DNA of 64,000 nt from positions 7,935 to 71,934 of IMG/VR virus record IMGVR_UViG_3300032225_001595; one strand, written 5' to 3'. Source of the stretch: a virus (Duplodnaviria; Caudoviricetes). Positions 44,186 to 54,222 of this stretch are shown here, piece by piece; positions within the stretch are counted from its first letter, which is position 1; each line of letters begins with the position of its first letter. The notes under the pieces were generated by a model. It was not told the DNA's origin. It saw only the letters and a list, made by a program, of their open reading frames with translations, and searched no databases. The position numbers and the translations under genes are program-made.

Positions 44186-45328
44186 GTGGCTATTCTCACC
44201 GATTTGATCAGCCGAGTTCGGTTGGAGCTCGGTGATCAGCCTGTGCAGTTCACCACCAACCTTACCGGTGATGGTTCTACTAAAGATTTTTATGTTAAAG
44301 TTAAACCCCTTGAGCCTGCTTATTTGGTGTTGACTACCACATCTGGGGCGGTTAGCACTACTACGGGAACATCAACAAGTATTGCTATTAGTAGTACAGT
44401 GGGCACTACTACAACTAATTTGGCTCAAGGAACAGATTTTACTGTTGAAGAAAACTTGGGTATGATTCATTTTGTTACTGCCCCAGCTGCTGGGGCGGCA
44501 ATTAAAGTGTCGGGTACCCATTACCGTTATTTTAGTAACAAAGACATCATTAGTTTCATTAATACTGTTATTACCCAGCACACGTATAACCGCACGGATA
44601 GCTATGGTCGCCAGATGACCATGGCTCTTTTGCCTCAGGTAGAGGAATATCCGGTTATTGTTTTGGCGTCTTGTGAGGCTTTGTGGGCTTTAGCAACTGA
44701 TGCTGCATTTGATATTAATATTACTGCCCCTGATGGGGTTAACATTCCTAGAAGCCAGCGGTTCTCTCAATTGTCGGCGATTATTGCTCAGCGTAAAGAA
44801 CAGTATCGGGAGTTGTGTGCTGCTCTTAATATTGGTTTGTGGCGCATTGAGATGGGTATTCTTCGTAGGGTTAGCCGCACTACTAATAAATTGGTTCCGG
44901 TTTACATGCCACAGGAAATTGATGATTCTCGTAAACCTGAGCGAGTTTATTTGCAGAATGATTTGATGGGTAGAACCCCTGTACCTTCTACTGCAGCTAT
45001 TTATGACATTGTACTTACACAGGGTGACTCGTGGTCTGCGGTGTTTGATTTCCCCAATACTATGAATTTGACACAGTACACGATTGCTGCTCAGGTGAGG
45101 ACATATCCGGAGTCGCCTACTTTGGTGGCAAATATGGGTGTGACAATTACTAATACTGCGGAGTCGAAGGTTACGTTGTCGTTGACGCATGATCAGACGG
45201 AGAGTTTTCCGCTCAAATCTTATTGGGATATGGAACTCACGCAAAGGGATGTTAATGGGAATGTGACGTTCCAGCAGACTTACGTCAAGGGTTTGGTGTT
45301 CGCTGATCGGCAGGTAACTGATGTCTGA
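44186..45328 (+). CDS. Probable head-tail adaptor with C-terminal BppU-like domain
   Basis: LISRVRLELGD start; DGVNIPRSQRFSQL; LTQGDSWSAVFDF...AAQVR...YWDMEL. Confidence 0.6.
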   Translation: MAILTDLISRVRLELGDQPVQFTTNLTGDGSTKDFYVKVKPLEPAYLVLTTTSGAVSTTTGTSTSIAISSTVGTTTTNLAQGTDFTVEENLGMIHFVTAPAAGAAIKVSGTHYRYFSNKDIISFINTVITQHTYNRTDSYGRQMTMALLPQVEEYPVIVLASCEALWALATDAAFDINITAPDGVNIPRSQRFSQLSAIIAQRKEQYRELCAALNIGLWRIEMGILRRVSRTTNKLVPVYMPQEIDDSRKPERVYLQNDLMGRTPVPSTAAIYDIVLTQGDSWSAVFDFPNTMNLTQYTIAAQVRTYPESPTLVANMGVTITNTAESKVTLSLTHDQTESFPLKSYWDMELTQRDVNGNVTFQQTYVKGLVFADRQVTDV

Positions 45329-46511
45329 TGAAATTATTATTACTCCTCCTGCACCTATTGATATTGTAATAACTCCTACTGTTGGTGCGCCGGGTTCTAC
45401 TGGTGCGACTGGCGTTTACACTTCTAGCATTGGCGTTCCTCCAACTGATACTACTCAACTATGGAATGACCTTTCTACTGACGCAAGTTCTCCGTATTCA
45501 GCTGCTAATGTTACATATTTTGGAGCACTTGGCAATGGTGTTCATGATGATACTTTAGCTATTCAACTTGCAGTGGATACGGGACAACCAGTTTATTTGC
45601 CTGCGGGCGATTACCTTATTACAAAACCTATTACGCTTAAACCATATCAAACATTTTTTGGTTCTGGCATCGGCTCATCAACAATTACCCTTGCTTCTAC
45701 TTTTAGTGGTACGTATGGAATTGGTTGTATTGCTTCACCTTCTCCTACTTTTTGGTATGCAGTTACGATTAAAGACATTACAATTACTGCTCAGATAGGC
45801 GCAACTTGCACTCATGCTGTTTATTTGCGCGACGCAAATGATTGCCTTATTTCCAATGTAAGAGTATATGGAGTAATTTCTGGCGGATCAGCGTACCCGA
45901 CTAACGGCATTACACTTGATTCTACGGTTCCTTGCACAGCAAACAAAATTGTAAATTGTTACATTCGCAATTGTGGTGGCAAAGGCGTTTACATTAACAA
46001 CAATGTTACTGATACTCAAATGGTGGCAATAGATAGTGGCGCTTGCTTAGGTCCCGCATTTTATTTAGGATCGCCAAATAACCAACTGACTGGTTGCATT
46101 GGGTGGGGTTCTACAGTAGGTCTTTTTATTAGCTCATACGCATCAACCAATTGGATCAGCGGATGTCGGTTTGATTACAATACACAAGAAGGAGTTTACA
46201 TTGAGGGTGCTAGCGGTGTGTCAACCATGACCACGATTTCCGGTTGTTTTATTTATAACAATTCTGCTGCTGGAAGTGGCACCCATCCGCAACTTGCTGT
46301 TAATTCATTGGGAAATCATATTGTTATTAGCGGAACAATGTTTGCAAACGCAAACAATACCGCGTCAGCAGCAATTAATCTTGCAAACGGACATAGTTAC
46401 GTAACTATTACTGGTTGTGATGTTACGCAAGTACCAGCTGCGGGAATTGTTGGAGCTACTTCTGCCGCCCATGATATTGTTAATTCTTGTAATGGCGCTG
46501 TGAATGTTTAG
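45321..46511 (+). CDS. Right-handed beta-helix, pectate-lyase-like tailspike/depolymerase
   Basis: NVTYFGALGNGVHDDTLAIQLAV, YLPAGDY, repeated I.NC/I.GC strands. Confidence 0.8.
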   Translation: MSDEIIITPPAPIDIVITPTVGAPGSTGATGVYTSSIGVPPTDTTQLWNDLSTDASSPYSAANVTYFGALGNGVHDDTLAIQLAVDTGQPVYLPAGDYLITKPITLKPYQTFFGSGIGSSTITLASTFSGTYGIGCIASPSPTFWYAVTIKDITITAQIGATCTHAVYLRDANDCLISNVRVYGVISGGSAYPTNGITLDSTVPCTANKIVNCYIRNCGGKGVYINNNVTDTQMVAIDSGACLGPAFYLGSPNNQLTGCIGWGSTVGLFISSYASTNWISGCRFDYNTQEGVYIEGASGVSTMTTISGCFIYNNSAAGSGTHPQLAVNSLGNHIVISGTMFANANNTASAAINLANGHSYVTITGCDVTQVPAAGIVGATSAAHDIVNSCNGAVNV

Positions 46512-46525
46512 TAAAGGAATTAAAC

Positions 46526-49375
46526 ATGTCTTTGCTTAAATACTACAATGCAATAACAGGGCAATGGGTTCCTATTGCTGTCGGCCCTATTGGCGCTACC
46601 GGCCCCACCGGTGCTACTGGGGCTACTGGTGCTACAGGCCCATCGGGAGTTATTACTGCAGCAGCTCCGCTTATTTACAACTCAACTGCACAATCTATTT
46701 CTCTTGATCAAACTGGGCTAAGCATCAATGCTACTCAGGTAGTGGGAACCGCTGCAATTCTTGGCGCAAATATTTTTACTGGAAAGCAAACGCTAAAACC
46801 GTCATCAACCACATCTGCGTCATTGAATCTTGCCAATGGCACGGCACCGACATCGCCAGTAACGGGTGACTTGTGGGCGTTGAGTGGTTCGTTGCAGTAT
46901 CAGTCGTCGTTTGGTGCGCAAACTTTGGCGTTCTTGTCATCAAATATTACGGGCAACGCTGCGAGTATTACGGGCACGATAGCCGCGTCTCAAGTTTCAG
47001 GTACAGCAGCAGTTCTTAATAGTGCAAACACGTTTACTGCTAACCAAACTTTCCCCGGAATTACATCGTCTACTATTACTGCCACGCAAGTAACCATCAC
47101 TGGCACCCCGTCAAACGCTACCGATGCTGTGACTAAGTCCTACGCGGATAACATTTCAGCGGGTCTTAATGCTCACGATTCGGTTTTGGCAGGAACAACT
47201 GGGAATTTAAGCGCAACTTACACCGCTGGAACAACCGGGGCTGATGGTGGTACTGGTGTTGGCGCATTTTTACAAGCAACTGCAAATGGTGCCTTAGTTG
47301 TTGATGGGGTTACTACCGCGTCTTCTCCGGCTATTGCTATTGGTGAACGTATCCTTGTTAAAGACCAAACAAGTGCATCTCAAAATGGTATTTACACAGT
47401 AACTGTAGTCGGATCATCCACAGCACCGTGGAAAATGACACGGGCAACGGATTACGATAACAGTATTGCTGGTGAGGTTTTTTCGGGCGATATCACCTTC
47501 GTTGTCTCTGGTGCTACGCAAGCCAACCTTGGTTATGTAATGAACAGTCGGGGAACGGCTGTAACCCCCGCTAATGGAATTAAAATTGGCACGGATACCA
47601 TTAGTTGGACGCAGTTTTCTGGCGCCGCTCAGGTTGTTGCTGGAGCAGGTCTTACTAAATCAGCGAACACGCTTGATGCTGTGGGTACTACCAACCGTAT
47701 CTTGGTAAATGCAGACAACATTGATATTTCCCCTAATTATGTGGGTCAGTCTTCTATCACTACTTTGGGAACAATTACTACGGGTGTGTGGAACGGCACT
47801 AATATAAATGCCACCCAAGTTACAGGTACTGTTGCTGCGGCTACTACCGCTGTTAATTTAACAGGAACTATTCTTGCCACCCAAGTTACAGGAACAGCGC
47901 TTACTCAAACTACAACTTTTGCCGGTGATGTCACAGGAACTTCTGGCACTACTCTTATTGCAACGAGTGCAGTCACAACCGTTAAACTTGCAGACGGCTC
48001 AGTTACTGCATCTAAAACAAGTAGCGCGTCACCTTCCACTAACTACGGGTCCGTAACTTCTGGTAATGGTGCTTCTGCCACTTATTGGGTAGATACTGGT
48101 GGAGTTATCACAAACGGCGCTACTTATGTTGCAACATCAGGTGTTAGTGGTACTGCTGGCCAGAATACAATACTTGTTAGTACTGCTGTAGCAGTTAACA
48201 TTTTTAAAGGAATGTCGATTGTTGGTCCTAGCGGGTTCCTTGGCTCTGGGGTAACCGTCTCTTCTGTTAATTACATTACTGGTACCGTAACTGTTTCCGT
48301 AAATAATGTGAGTAGTACTTCAAGCGTCACATGTACTTTTAGTTCCAACTTGTACTATAAGAGTGCCACTAGTAGTCTTGTTCTTACCCCAACTGCTGGG
48401 TCGTACGCTACTGGAAGAATATTTAATTCATACACAGCTAACTTAAACTTAACTCACAATATTAATAGGTATGTTCTTAATGCACAACTAATAGATACTT
48501 ACTCTAAAAAACCGTTTTCTTCGCAAGGTATTCAAGTTAACCCAGACGGCTCTGACCCTTCAAATAAAGCAACAATTGTGTGGAACGGCATGCTGCTGGG
48601 GCCAACTTATGGAGTGATCACTGCAACAGCTGGTATTCCGTATTATCGAGTAGACATGAACGCCGTTCCCATTATGGCCATTTCCGGTAATGGCACTACG
48701 GTAACTGCAACTGCTTCACATAATTTTTCGGTTGGGGATAAATTTAAAATTACTGGGACTGGAGCATATGATGGTAACCCCGATCCCCCCATTGGAGGAA
48801 CAATAAGTGGTTTTACAATAACAGCAGTGACTAAAACATCATTCTCGTACGCTGCAGCCACAACTACTGCGTTTACAACAACGGCTACGTCATTAGCTAC
48901 ACTTAATAGTGGAGCAAACTATATCGCCCCGGCTAGTGGACTAATTGTTTATTTGGATATAAACTCCGGAAGTTTAAATATAGCATCAACTGTTGGGCAA
49001 ACCACCTCAGTTCTTGCTACTTTAACTGCTGAACATGGTTTAGCAATTGGCGACACCGTTACAGTCACTGGGGCTACCGCAGCTCACCTCGTTACTGCTG
49101 GGCCAATTACATCTGTACCTTCCCCAACTCAAGTTGTTTATACTAAAAGTTCTGCTGGGACAGCCTCATCTACAGGCGGCTCCATGGCTATTGCCTCAGC
49201 TTATAGAACCGCGTTTACTCCACTTTACGGCACTCTGTATGACAGAAACGATTCTCAATATTACCTTACCCAATCAGCTTCTCCCGGAGCAGTAACAAAT
49301 ATGCCGGTTAAAATTTATTCAACTATTCCTTACGGTTCTTCCCTTAATTCACTTCGAGCGATTGTTGTAGGGTGA
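46526..49375 (+). CDS. Long tail fibre-like protein
   Basis: Short collagen GxT run; DAVTKSYAD; GERILVKDQTSASQNGIY...TRATDYD; HxxxVGD beta modules. Confidence 0.75.
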   Translation: MSLLKYYNAITGQWVPIAVGPIGATGPTGATGATGATGPSGVITAAAPLIYNSTAQSISLDQTGLSINATQVVGTAAILGANIFTGKQTLKPSSTTSASLNLANGTAPTSPVTGDLWALSGSLQYQSSFGAQTLAFLSSNITGNAASITGTIAASQVSGTAAVLNSANTFTANQTFPGITSSTITATQVTITGTPSNATDAVTKSYADNISAGLNAHDSVLAGTTGNLSATYTAGTTGADGGTGVGAFLQATANGALVVDGVTTASSPAIAIGERILVKDQTSASQNGIYTVTVVGSSTAPWKMTRATDYDNSIAGEVFSGDITFVVSGATQANLGYVMNSRGTAVTPANGIKIGTDTISWTQFSGAAQVVAGAGLTKSANTLDAVGTTNRILVNADNIDISPNYVGQSSITTLGTITTGVWNGTNINATQVTGTVAAATTAVNLTGTILATQVTGTALTQTTTFAGDVTGTSGTTLIATSAVTTVKLADGSVTASKTSSASPSTNYGSVTSGNGASATYWVDTGGVITNGATYVATSGVSGTAGQNTILVSTAVAVNIFKGMSIVGPSGFLGSGVTVSSVNYITGTVTVSVNNVSSTSSVTCTFSSNLYYKSATSSLVLTPTAGSYATGRIFNSYTANLNLTHNINRYVLNAQLIDTYSKKPFSSQGIQVNPDGSDPSNKATIVWNGMLLGPTYGVITATAGIPYYRVDMNAVPIMAISGNGTTVTATASHNFSVGDKFKITGTGAYDGNPDPPIGGTISGFTITAVTKTSFSYAAATTTAFTTTATSLATLNSGANYIAPASGLIVYLDINSGSLNIASTVGQTTSVLATLTAEHGLAIGDTVTVTGATAAHLVTAGPITSVPSPTQVVYTKSSAGTASSTGGSMAIASAYRTAFTPLYGTLYDRNDSQYYLTQSASPGAVTNMPVKIYSTIPYGSSLNSLRAIVVG

Positions 49376-49380
49376 TATAA

Positions 49381-51774
49381 ATGAGAGCACCAGATCCTAA
49401 TGCCGCCGGAGATGATAACTACACTCCACCACCGGCTCTTGCGCATATTAATCTTGGCGCTTATTTATTTGACCCACCGGGTGCTAATGATGGTGACGTC
49501 TATTACAACACTAACGCTAATTCTTTGCGCGTTTATGATAGGTCTCTTGCTTCATGGATCCAAGTTAGCGGCGCTATCACGGGTACTACGGCACCTACGA
49601 CTATACCAACTTATCTTGGCCAAACTTATTTGGATTCTACAAACAAAATCAACTATATTGCGACTGGAACAACTGCAACTACTGATTGGAACGGTATTCC
49701 GTTTTTAAGTACTGCTAACACTTTCACGGCAGCGCAAACCATTACCCCGTCATCGGGTACAGCGTTGAGCATTACGCAGGCTTCGGGTGCCATTGGTTTG
49801 CGTCTACAAAATAATGCAACAACCGGAAACTTCATCGAAGGATTTGCATCAGACAACACGACTTCCCAGTTTCGTATTCGTGGTATTGCAGGTCAAATTG
49901 GTACTGGTTCTTTGATTACGGGAACATTGTTCGCCGCCAATCTTGACATACTTGGTGGGACAAACATTGGTGCAGTCATTCGTGGTTCATCATCGCAAAC
50001 CGCTGACCTTCAACAATGGCAAGCAACTGGTGGAACGGTGCTTGGTGGTAGTAATGCGGTTGGTCAAAACTACACAGGCTCAACATCCACAATAAACGGT
50101 TCCACAGCGAGTATTAACCAAACTATTGCTACTGCGGCAGTTTCTGTGCAGTACCAAACTACTGCTGCACACAGTTACGGTGTCGGTGACCTTGTAACAA
50201 TCACAGGTCTTACTACTGCGCAAGGACAGCCTGCAACTAACCCTGTTGTTATTACCGCTGTTACATCAACAACTTTCACGGCAACGGTTACATCAGGGAC
50301 AACCGGCACATACACGGGTTTGACTGCTACGGCAACTGTTCCTGCGCAATCATCTATTACGGCTCGTAGCGCGGGAACTAAGGGTCTTGTTGTTCGTGGC
50401 GCTGCGTCACAAGTTAACAACTTGCAAGAATGGCAAGCCAACGACGCTTCAATTTTAGGTACATTTGGCCCTGATGGAAGATTGACTCTTTCACCCTCTG
50501 CATCTGGTGTTGGGCAAGTCATCAAGGTCAATGGTGCTGATGCGTTGCGTATTCGCAACAATGCTGACACAAGCACAATTGCCAACATTGACTCAAGCGG
50601 AAATATTTGGGGCAATATTGTTCGTGGTGGTTCTTCTGCATTAGACATTGGTGGAATTGTTTCGGGTCTTGGTTACAGCACAGGAGCAGTAAAAGCAGCG
50701 GTATTCCGTGGTGGTTCATCAGGTGGTGTTGGAACACAATACACAGACCTGATGCAATTCCAAACAGGTGCAACAGGTAACGCAGCACTTGGTGGAATCA
50801 ACGCTGTTGGACAATTCTACAATGGTTCAACGCTTCCAACATCTTTTGCAACTGGTGGAACCATTCAGTCTATTGCCACTGGTGCTAACCCACTTATTAC
50901 AACTGGTTCTGCGCATACCCTTTCTGTGGGTGATTTGGTTACTTTGGCTGGAACCACAGGTGGAACATACAACGGAACATTTATTGTTTTGTCTACTCCT
51001 TTGACAACAACATTCACTATTGCAACTTCGCTAACAACAGGTCAAGCGGGTACTGGTGGAACAATCACAGCACCTGCGCAAGCATCTATTACTGCACGAA
51101 GCACTGGAACTATTGGGCTAACGGTTTCTCCCATTAGTTCTTCGTCTGCTGAAGTTGCAAGGTTCTATCATGGCAATGGAAGCACATACAGTGGTTTTGA
51201 TGCTGCTGCACGGTTCTTTGTAAGAACAAGTGGTATCACTCATGGAACCCCATCGTTTGCTGTCAACACTGCAAGTGATACTGCTATCGGTGCTGTTATT
51301 CGTGGTAACTCTGCAACACAATCTGCTGACCTTCAACAATGGCAAACATCAGCAGCAGCAGTAGGTACTCGCGTTGTTGCTGGTGGTGGAATCATTGCTG
51401 TTGAACCAATTGTTACTTCAACTGCTGGTGCTGGAACAACCACAACACTTGACTGTTCAACAGGAACCACATTCACTGTCACCTTTGGTGCAGGAAATGT
51501 CACAGGATTTTTGTTCACTAACCTTCCTGCTGCTGGTTCAGTCACCGTCACTCTCATTCTGAAACAGGATGGTACTGGTTCTAGGACTGTCACATGGTCA
51601 GGAACACAGGTCAACGGTTCTGCTACTAATGCCACACCTAAGTGGGCTGGTGGAACAGCACCAACACTCACAACCACAGCAAGTGCTGTTGATATTGTGA
51701 CTCTTGTTATTAACCGCACTGGTGGTTCCACTGACAATGTGTACGGCTTCCTTGCAGGTAAGGCGTTCGCGTGA
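49381..51774 (+). CDS. Tail fibre / receptor-binding-like protein
   Basis: Duplicated modules (ADLQQWQ; NAVGQxYxGST...PAQxSITARS); C-terminal LILKQDGTGSRTVTW...WAGGTAPTLT...VDIV. Confidence 0.75.
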   Translation: MRAPDPNAAGDDNYTPPPALAHINLGAYLFDPPGANDGDVYYNTNANSLRVYDRSLASWIQVSGAITGTTAPTTIPTYLGQTYLDSTNKINYIATGTTATTDWNGIPFLSTANTFTAAQTITPSSGTALSITQASGAIGLRLQNNATTGNFIEGFASDNTTSQFRIRGIAGQIGTGSLITGTLFAANLDILGGTNIGAVIRGSSSQTADLQQWQATGGTVLGGSNAVGQNYTGSTSTINGSTASINQTIATAAVSVQYQTTAAHSYGVGDLVTITGLTTAQGQPATNPVVITAVTSTTFTATVTSGTTGTYTGLTATATVPAQSSITARSAGTKGLVVRGAASQVNNLQEWQANDASILGTFGPDGRLTLSPSASGVGQVIKVNGADALRIRNNADTSTIANIDSSGNIWGNIVRGGSSALDIGGIVSGLGYSTGAVKAAVFRGGSSGGVGTQYTDLMQFQTGATGNAALGGINAVGQFYNGSTLPTSFATGGTIQSIATGANPLITTGSAHTLSVGDLVTLAGTTGGTYNGTFIVLSTPLTTTFTIATSLTTGQAGTGGTITAPAQASITARSTGTIGLTVSPISSSSAEVARFYHGNGSTYSGFDAAARFFVRTSGITHGTPSFAVNTASDTAIGAVIRGNSATQSADLQQWQTSAAAVGTRVVAGGGIIAVEPIVTSTAGAGTTTTLDCSTGTTFTVTFGAGNVTGFLFTNLPAAGSVTVTLILKQDGTGSRTVTWSGTQVNGSATNATPKWAGGTAPTLTTTASAVDIVTLVINRTGGSTDNVYGFLAGKAFA

Positions 51775-52055
51775 GTCGTCGTCTTGTCAATCAACCACCA
51801 CAAGGTGGAACTATTCTTACTTTCAGTTGGGTATCAGATGGGTTCCTTGGACCCGCTGGAACAACCCTAGTATCCGCAACAGGTGGTAGTGGTAGCGGTG
51901 CAACATTCAATGTTATTCGCAGCGGTACGGGTGCTAATAGACCAATTTCAAGTGTTGTTCTTGTATCAGGTGGAACAGGTTATGCGGCATCAAATGTTTT
52001 ATCTGCTGATGATGGTTCAGGTGTTGCAACTATTACTGTTTTGACCGTAAGTTAA
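51771..52055 (+). CDS. Small fibre-associated protein
   Basis: GGSGSGATFNV...VSGGTGY motif. Confidence 0.55.
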   Translation: MSRRLVNQPPQGGTILTFSWVSDGFLGPAGTTLVSATGGSGSGATFNVIRSGTGANRPISSVVLVSGGTGYAASNVLSADDGSGVATITVLTVS

Positions 52056-52073
52056 TTCAAAAAGGAGTGCAAT

Positions 52074-52640
52074 GTGAAAGCCTACATTCCGGGCGGTAGA
52101 TTTGACGCCGAGTTTGAGACGAACGACATTGTTTCCGGAATTACCTCAGATTTACGCAACCCTGTTGGTACACATGGTTTGTGGTATGTGTGGGTTGCTC
52201 CTGATGACACCACGGTGGCAACAGCAGGCCGGTCAGTTGTTGACCCTGTTTATGATGTGGGTCTTTATGACCCTGCTCCGTATGTTCCCGGTGAAACCCA
52301 TGGTGGGCGTAAATGGCGCACCCCTGTGGAAGTGCCCATTGTTAGAGCGGTTATTAGTCAAGGTAAAAGCCAGTTAAGTGATCGTGGTTTTTATAACGCA
52401 GACATGTTACATTTGACATTTAACCGGGAAGAACTCATGGCGCTTATTCCAGATATTCTTGATAACCCTGATCCGTTAGACCGGGACCGTATTGTGTGGA
52501 AAGGTCAGGTATACCGACCATTTTTGTCCCAAGAACAAGGTATCATTTTAGAGCGGTATGTATTGGTTACGTTTGACTGTATTCAGGTTATGCCTGAGGA
52601 AATGGTCAATGACCCGCAGTTCCAAGCATACGCAAACTGA
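52074..52640 (+). CDS. Probable head closure/neck protein
   Basis: RGFYNADMLHL, DRIVWKGQVYRP; position in the module. Confidence 0.55.
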   Translation: MKAYIPGGRFDAEFETNDIVSGITSDLRNPVGTHGLWYVWVAPDDTTVATAGRSVVDPVYDVGLYDPAPYVPGETHGGRKWRTPVEVPIVRAVISQGKSQLSDRGFYNADMLHLTFNREELMALIPDILDNPDPLDRDRIVWKGQVYRPFLSQEQGIILERYVLVTFDCIQVMPEEMVNDPQFQAYAN

Positions 52641-52706
52641 TGGCAGACAGATGGGCGTGTGAATTGTGCGGAAAAACTTACGTCGTTACATCATTAGCGA
52701 GGGATT

Positions 52707-52910
52707 GTGAAGAAAAACACCTCAAAGACCTTTAAGGCATCTGATGGTAAAGAGCACCGGGTGTATAAAGATAAAGGCAAAGTTATGGTTGATCACACCG
52801 CTAAAAAAGGCGGTAAATGGGATAAAATTAATCTTACAGATAAAGCAGGCGCCAAAACTGTTGGTGAAGGCGTTAAGGCTGTTAAGAAGTACCACAGAAA
52901 GAATGGTTAA
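52707..52910 (+). CDS. Small Lys-rich protein
   Basis: 67 aa. Confidence 0.65.
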   Translation: MKKNTSKTFKASDGKEHRVYKDKGKVMVDHTAKKGGKWDKINLTDKAGAKTVGEGVKAVKKYHRKNG

Positions 52911-52912
52911 TT

Positions 52913-53080
52913 ATGGCTAAGGGTTTAGGGCGTCCAGCACGATTTGGTGGAACAGACTCTAAGTTTGGAACATCTCAGAAACCAAACGAGACTGAAGATA
53001 GTAAGAAAAAGAAAAAGCAAAAACTTGCTGTCATAATTAAGAAACGGGAAGAAGATAAAAGAAAAGGAAAGACCGCCTGA
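52913..53080 (+). CDS. Small Lys-rich protein (55 aa)
   Basis: MAKGLGRPARFGG...KKKKKQK...; TGATG overlap with the next ORF. Confidence 0.6.
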   Translation: MAKGLGRPARFGGTDSKFGTSQKPNETEDSKKKKKQKLAVIIKKREEDKRKGKTA

Positions 53081-53241
53081 TGGCAAAGGCATTTTGGGAT
53101 AAGAAAGATCCGTCTGGTAAAGATAAAAGTCTTACTCCCAAGCAGAAGGCGTCTGCTAAGGCACGTGCTAAAGCAGCGGGGCGCCCGTACCCCAACCTAG
53201 TAGATAACGCGGCTGCGGCCCGTAAAAAGAAGGGTAAGTAA
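53080..53241 (+). CDS. Small Lys/Ala-rich protein (53 aa)
   Basis: MAKAFWDKKDP...ARAKAAGRPYPNLVDNAAAARKKKGK. Confidence 0.7.
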   Translation: MAKAFWDKKDPSGKDKSLTPKQKASAKARAKAAGRPYPNLVDNAAAARKKKGK

Positions 53242-53243
53242 TC

Positions 53244-53348
53244 ATGTGCGCATCCTGTGGTTGCAAGTGCAAGTCTGGTAAGCCGGTTAAGGGTTGCAAG
53301 TGCAACTGTTCTACTTGCAAGCCAAAAGTTAAGAAGGCCAGTAAGTAA
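53244..53348 (+). CDS. Metallothionein-like Cys/Lys peptide (34 aa, 8 Cys)
   Basis: MCASCGCKCKSGKPVKGCKCNCSTCKPKVKKASK; TAATG overlap with the next gene. Confidence 0.65.
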   Translation: MCASCGCKCKSGKPVKGCKCNCSTCKPKVKKASK

Positions 53349-53689
53349 TGGCTCTCAGTCATATTGTTCTTAGTCTCCCGGCAGCAACTAAAACTGCATT
53401 ATTTACTGTCCCTTCAAAAACTATTTCTTGCCATGTCACTATTCAAAACCGGGATACGGCAGCTAGTTTAGCTATTGGTGACGCCACTCTTGGTGGTGTT
53501 ACTGGGATAAATGCAGGTATTCATTTACCTTTAGCGGCGAGTGCTAATGCACCTACAACACTTCAATTTTGGATGAACCCCGGTGATGTGTTGTATGGGT
53601 ACGCTTCCGCTATTATGACTAATAGTTGTATTGTTTTATACTCATCTCAAACAATCACTAACCCCAATTACGCACCACCGGTTGCTTAA
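53348..53689 (+). CDS. Hypothetical virion protein
   Basis: 113-aa beta-rich ORF. Confidence 0.65.
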   Translation: MALSHIVLSLPAATKTALFTVPSKTISCHVTIQNRDTAASLAIGDATLGGVTGINAGIHLPLAASANAPTTLQFWMNPGDVLYGYASAIMTNSCIVLYSSQTITNPNYAPPVA

Positions 53690-53697
53690 AATGATTT

Positions 53698-53720
53698 AAC
53701 CCCCGAAAGGGGGTTTTTTC
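53698..53720 (+). terminator. Intrinsic terminator
   Basis: AACCCCC-GAAA-GGGGGTT TTTT. Confidence 0.8.
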
Positions 53721-53800
53721 ATATACACTATAAATGGATCCCATGCGGGGATCTGATTTACCCTTGCGAAACAGTGCCCCTCCTCCCAAGGAGATATGCG

Positions 53801-53911
53801 ATGAATGATCACCGTGAGTACTTTTACCACGGTATTCAGGATTCACAAGAGCATAAAGACTGGCTTCCTTGGGTATTTTTGGCGCTGCTTCTCAGGGGTA
53901 GGGGAAAATGA
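53801..53911 (+). CDS. Small hypothetical protein (36 aa)
   Basis: AAGGAG then ATG; ATGA overlap with the next ORF. Confidence 0.5.
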   Translation: MNDHREYFYHGIQDSQEHKDWLPWVFLALLLRGRGK

Positions 53912-54222
53912 AAGACTTTTTCAGTAAAGCCTTTAATGATGCAACGCCTGACCTTAACGAATTTTTTCAGGCATCCGCCCAGCAGCATGGTTGGCCCAAC
54001 TCAGTGGCTAAAGAATTAAAAATTAAAGTGGACGCTGATGGTGTTCACGCTGAATATGACGCTAATCTGGAAAAAGAAATAGAAAACCTTGAGTACGGTA
54101 TGTTGCAGTCCCCAGCTAAAGCGGCTTTGCGTAACTTTTCGTACGAAGCGGACAAGATTTTAGACCATGTGCTCACTTATCGGGGTGCGGAAGCACTAAT
54201 CGATAAGGGAGTGATTGTATGA
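53908..54222 (+). CDS. Neck/tail-completion-like protein
   Basis: IENLEYG...PAKAALRNF; position. Confidence 0.55.
   Translation: MKDFFSKAFNDATPDLNEFFQASAQQHGWPNSVAKELKIKVDADGVHAEYDANLEKEIENLEYGMLQSPAKAALRNFSYEADKILDHVLTYRGAEALIDKGVIV

Noticed and set aside
53735-53790. Structured leader (GATCCC-ATGCG-GGGATC) before the neck genes; also a GGTC...GACC segment at 41652-41685
   Set aside because: Single short stems with no second copy for covariation; not supportable without homologs.
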